DNA from: Bilabrum cf. latius
Taxonomy: Eukaryota
Assembly: GCA_965178125.1 (NCBI GenBank)
Contig: OZ237739.1
Location: 1,116,001-1,180,000 of the forward strand
DNA length: 64,000 nt
Reading direction: 5' to 3'
How positions within the stretch are numbered: position 1 is the first letter of the stretch; every line of letters begins with the position of its first letter. Shown here piece by piece: positions 60,066-64,000 of this stretch. The position numbers were made by a program, and so were the translations under genes. The notes beneath the pieces are model-generated. The model was not told the origin of the DNA. It saw only the letters and a program-made list of their open reading frames with translations, and did no database searches.

Positions 60066-61154
60066 AGAATGGAACTGCAACTGCAGGACGCGTGCCGCAA
60101 GTTGCTGTATCCCACGCAATCCGGCCCAACTCATCCAAACGAATACAGGGACTGGAAACACCTCTGTATAGTGCTGCGACGAAGCACAATCTGGAGGCAG
60201 TCGAGGCGTGCCTTCAATGTGGTGCGGACCCCGATGCACCCAACATAGTGAGACTTCTGGCACGCTGCTGGCACGCTGCAGGCCAGGCCTTTGGAGAAAT
60301 GGAACAAAAGTATTCCTATCTTGTCCGAGCTGCTTAGTTTCGCTGCGTTTTTCGCATCGACTTTCCATTGCTTGCAGTCAGGCGTCACCCCGCTGGTTCA
60401 CGCACTGAGCCACAACCACCTCCCAACCGCGATGCTCCTAGTAGCGTTCGACGCCGACATTTTCCATCCTGACGTTGGACCGCGCTTGGCCGCTCTCGGG
60501 TGCCCATTTCCCCAATTCCCAACTCGTTCCGCTGAATCCGCTGGCGCCGATGGGGACGAGTATTCGCGTGCCTACCGCCGATGGCTCGCCTCTGACTCGG
60601 ATGACACGCCCCGGGGGGGGCCTGCAACCGTGAGACGCGCAAAAGAACCGGATGCAGCCGCCGGTGACGCGGCTGGCGCGGGGCCTCAGTCGTCGGTGAT
60701 GGCCAAGTGGAGCGCCGTGGAGCACATCTACTTCCGGTTTGTGGCAGCGGCCGACGATGCGACCATGGAGAGGTGCCGTCGCCTGGGCCTGGAGAAACAC
60801 CGGCCCCGGGGGATGCAGCTGCTGCGTTTCAGGAGGGCAGTGGAGGCCAAGAGGGACGCAGGGAGGGTGTTCCGAGCGGCGAGCGAGGGCAGGCCTCTGG
60901 AGCTGGCCAGGAGGCTGAGGCTGGGCAAACTGGCGGGCGGCTTGGCCATCAAGGGTGTCGTGGACGGGGACTTGATGTCACCCCAGAAGGCCGCTCGGCT
61001 TGGAGGCCACAGCGAGTGCGTGAAGCTGCTGAATCAGGCAGCATTCGGTCTCATGGCCCAGGTCGGCAGGGAATCCTCGGGGGCAGAGGGCAGCGGGATG
61101 GCGGGCCAGGTGGATGCTTTGGTGTTTCCGAAGGGAATGCAGGGCGGAAAATAA
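60066..61154 (+). pseudogene. Ankyrin-repeat gene copy 2, 5'-truncated (only the last two exons remain)
   Basis: Near-identical to about 52032-53136, but homology begins inside the intron, so exons 1-3 and the ATG are missing. Ends PKGM-CAG-GGK-TAA. Confidence 0.7.
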
Positions 61155-61367
61155 CAAATTGTGCGCTGTACATGTGCCTGTGTAGACTAGGACGTCCATC
61201 GTAGAGCGCAACCTAAACGAATATAGCTATGAAATCTGGTAAAGGGGAGCTGCACACAGACAGCCTGACCGCGAGAATGGACTTTCGTCCGTGACCGAAT
61301 ATAGTAGAGCATGCCTTAGTCACTAGTAGTATATCTCCTGCCAGTGCTCCGGGCCTGAGATCCCACT

Positions 61368-61533
61368 AGAGGGGGCCCCCACTTTGGTGGGACTTGCGGG
61401 GCAGCACTGGCAGGCCGCGCTGACTCGGTGGAGGGAGGAGGCGAGGCGGGCTGGGCGCCCGGGGAGTTGAGCCCGGGTCCGGGCTTGGGGGGTGCCGGGT
61501 GGGGGGGGGGGGTATCTGGAGGGGATGGTGTGA
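61368..61533 (+). pseudogene. Second internally deleted Nup107-like remnant
   Basis: Same tripartite deletion product as 53350-53516. Confidence 0.6.
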
Positions 61534-61989
61534 TTGGAAATCACCTTGGCATGGTCAGGGGGCTTAGCTTGTGGGCGCCATGGGGATACGAATCCATGTG
61601 GGCTGGTCTATGTCAGCCTTGGTATCTGTGCAAACCCTGGATCGACTGCAGCAACAGACTGCATGCTGGCAGCGCGCGGAGTCCACGTTCATTGCGGAAC
61701 CTCGAGGCCAGGAAGGGTTCACTCTTGGCTACTCATCGTGCCTATCGAATAGTACGAGAAGCGTCATCGTGCAAATTCAATCTGTCTGTCTAGGCTTCTT
61801 CAAGTTGCCATCACTGTGGCGAGTTGGGCTTCCAGACAAGGCCCCGATATCCCTGACGTAGTACTGGAGCAGACTCGAAGCCGTGGTGCAGCTCGACTAG
61901 TGTGAAATTCGTTTTGAGTCCGATCAACTTGAAGTGAAGACAAGCTTGTAAGACTGTCCAGGCTTTGCTTGCATCTTGGCGTGTTTTCC

Positions 61990-63282
61990 ATGGCAGGTCC
62001 AAATGAGGTGATTGACCTGGTGAGCAGTGATAGTGAAGGAGAATTTGAGGGAAACCCCGGCGGAAGCATGGGTGTAAGTGGTCGTGCAGAGGCATCATCT
62101 GGAGTGCTGGGTGCCGTTGTATCACGGAGTGGGCGAGCTGGGCGAGGCAGCATGGCATTTGGTCCAGAGTTGTCGTCAGCATCAGGTTCAACAGCTGCAT
62201 TGATGCCATTGGCTTCTGGGGTCTAGTCGACTGAAGGGGTGTCATCTAGTGCAACCAGTACAAGTGCCCGCTTGGGGCAGAAGAGAGTCCGTGAAGACTT
62301 CCAGGCTGCTGCAGAAGGTGGCGATGCAGTGGATGAGCACGGTGCAAGCAACAAGAAGAAGAAGAGGAGGAGAAAGGAGCAGAGTACAGCGGCAGGGGAA
62401 CTCACCGGCGATAGTAGCAAAGAATACGACTGCTCTGTGTGCGGCAAGCGCTTTGGGGAGGCAGACAATCTCACGACGCACATGAGGACTGTGCACCTTG
62501 GGGAGCGCAATCACGAGTGCTCTGTGTGCAGCAAGCGCTTTGGGCAGGCAAGCAATCTCACGAAGCACATGAGGACTGTGCACTATGGGGAGCGCAATCA
62601 CGAGTGCTCTGTGTGCGGCAAGCGCTTTGGATTGGCAAGCAATCTCACGAAGCACATGAGGACTGTGCACCTTGGGGAGCGCAATCACGAGTGCTCTGTG
62701 TGCGGCAAGCGCTTTGGATTGGCAAGCAGTCTCACGACGCACATGAGGACTGTGCACCTTGGGGAGCGCAATCACGAGTGCTCTGTGTGCGGCAAGCGCT
62801 TTGGGGAGGCAGGCCATCTCACGAAGCACATGAGGACTGTGCACCTTGGGGAGCGCAATCACGAGTGCTCTGTGTGCGGCAAGCGCTTTGGGCAGGCAAG
62901 CCATCTCTCGACGCACATGAGGAGTGTGCACCTTGGGGAGCGCAATCACGAGTGCTCTGTGTGCGGCAAGCGCTTTGGGGAGGCAGGCCATCTCACGACG
63001 CACATGAGGACTGTGCACCTTGGGGAGCGCAATCACGAGTGCTCTGTGTGCGGCAAGCGCTTTGGGGAGGCAGGCCATCTCACGACGCACATGAGGACTG
63101 TGCACCTTGGGGAGCGCAATCACGAGTGCTCTGTGTGCGGCAAGCGCTTTGGATTGGCAAGCAGTCTCTCGACGCACATGAGGACTGTGCACCTCGGGGA
63201 GCGCAATCACGAGTGCTCTGTGTGTGGGAAGCGCTTTGGGGTGGCAGGCAATCTTAAGAAGCACATGAATGCGATGCACTGA
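61990..63282 (+). CDS. SIM-like motif + NLS + 10-finger C2H2 zinc-finger array protein (ZF-C)
   Basis: ATG 61990 reads MAGPNEVIDLVSSDSEGEFE, with one TAG at 62224 (the other site is TCG at 62173) and 10 x 87-bp fingers. Ends in TGA. Confidence 0.93.
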
Positions 63283-64000
63283 TAGTCTTGGAAATGCACT
63301 GAGCATGACGTGTTCAGTAACCCATGCCTGCTGGCACCAGTGGGAAAGGCAATCCTGCCTTTCTGCTTCACTGCTGGTGCGGTCGTCTCTCTCGTGGGAA
63401 GGAAGAGCTGTGGTCAGTATCCTGTTATATGTACTCGGACATCAGGACTGAAGCAACGGGGAGCAGAGGCGAGACGGAAGAGGAGGTGGGCGCAGAAGGA
63501 CAGGAGGTGGAGAAGAATAGGGGGGCACCGGCACAGGCGGCGACAGTGCGGTGTCAACAGGGAGAACACAACGGGAGGAATGGGGGCTCCAGGTGCAAGG
63601 CACGAGGGAGACGCGAGTGGCAGCGGACTGCATGGCCAGCAGCACGCAGAGGGCCAACAGGTGGGTGGACAGATGGGGCGCACGGCAGGTCGGCCAGGAC
63701 CGGCGCGTGCAAGCTGAAAGGATAGGGCCAAGGTGGCAATGCAGGGAGCAAAGCACACGGTCCCTAGGGCGGGGAACAGGAACAGGAAGCCATGTGGCGA
63801 CGAGGCCAGTCGGGTGCATGGGGAAAGTGGTGTGTACATTCGTAGTGTCAGATGAATACCGCATTCAGGTGGACCGGTGAAGAACCAGTCGTTCGGGATG
63901 AAGCCCAGTGGGTCCGCGGGACCGGGGGCAGGAATTTTTCTTTTTGGTAACTGCCAACCAGTGGGGATTGCAGCAGCCGTGAAGATGAGCCAATGGGTGT

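Larger units (their letters stand above)
52032..63410 (+). repeat. Tandem segmental duplication with a period of about 4 kb (ANK / Nup107-like remnant / conserved upstream block / ZF gene)
   Basis: The roughly 450-bp block upstream of each ZF ATG, the ZF N-terminus and the 3' flank recur three times (ATGs at 53973, 58066, 61990). The ANK block recurs twice, about 8.0 kb apart. Confidence 0.92.

Noticed and set aside
54408-63280. 87-bp repeats as a CRISPR array or a diversity-generating retroelement
   Set aside because: The units are in-frame C2H2 fingers with only a few variable codons, not unique spacers. There are no cas or reverse transcriptase genes, the variation is not adenine-specific, and the context is eukaryotic.
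53973-63282. Calling the ZF genes PRDM9, KRAB-ZNF or a Zisupton/other transposon
   Set aside because: No PR/SET, KRAB, SSXRD, transposase or recombinase domain and no terminal repeats were seen. The resemblance is in evolutionary pattern only.
54413-63306. Long alternative-frame and antisense ORFs over the ZF arrays (AHEDCAPWGAQSRVLCVRQAL..., MIALPKVHSPHVRRE...)
   Set aside because: These are shadows of a stop-free 87-bp tandem repeat, with no independent coding evidence.

Overview
Gene-dense, GC-rich eukaryotic (protist-like) nuclear DNA with short spliceosomal introns. It is not prokaryotic, and I found no rRNA, tRNA or CRISPR. The main result is a non-standard genetic code: TAG is a sense codon, best read as Gln, while TAA and TGA remain stops. 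Read this way, the fragmented ORF track collapses into about 18 coherent genes: a UTP7/WDR46 3' end, an organellar-type IleRS, a large membrane protein, an ankyrin gene built one repeat per exon, two giant coiled-coil proteins, an arylsulfatase, a DUF1499-like protein, a RAP-domain protein, a phosphoserine phosphatase, a VIT-vWA protein and an Mps1/TTK kinase with a WH2/VCA-like tail. The last 12.5 kb is a young tandem duplication. It holds three paralogous genes with a SUMO-interacting-like motif, an NLS and a minisatellite-like 87-bp C2H2 zinc-finger array (14, 15 and 10 fingers) whose variation lies almost entirely in the DNA-recognition helix, as in PRDM9. These are interleaved with ankyrin genes and decaying Nup107-like fragments. 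All gene models and family calls come from manual translation and recalled motifs; no database search was run.
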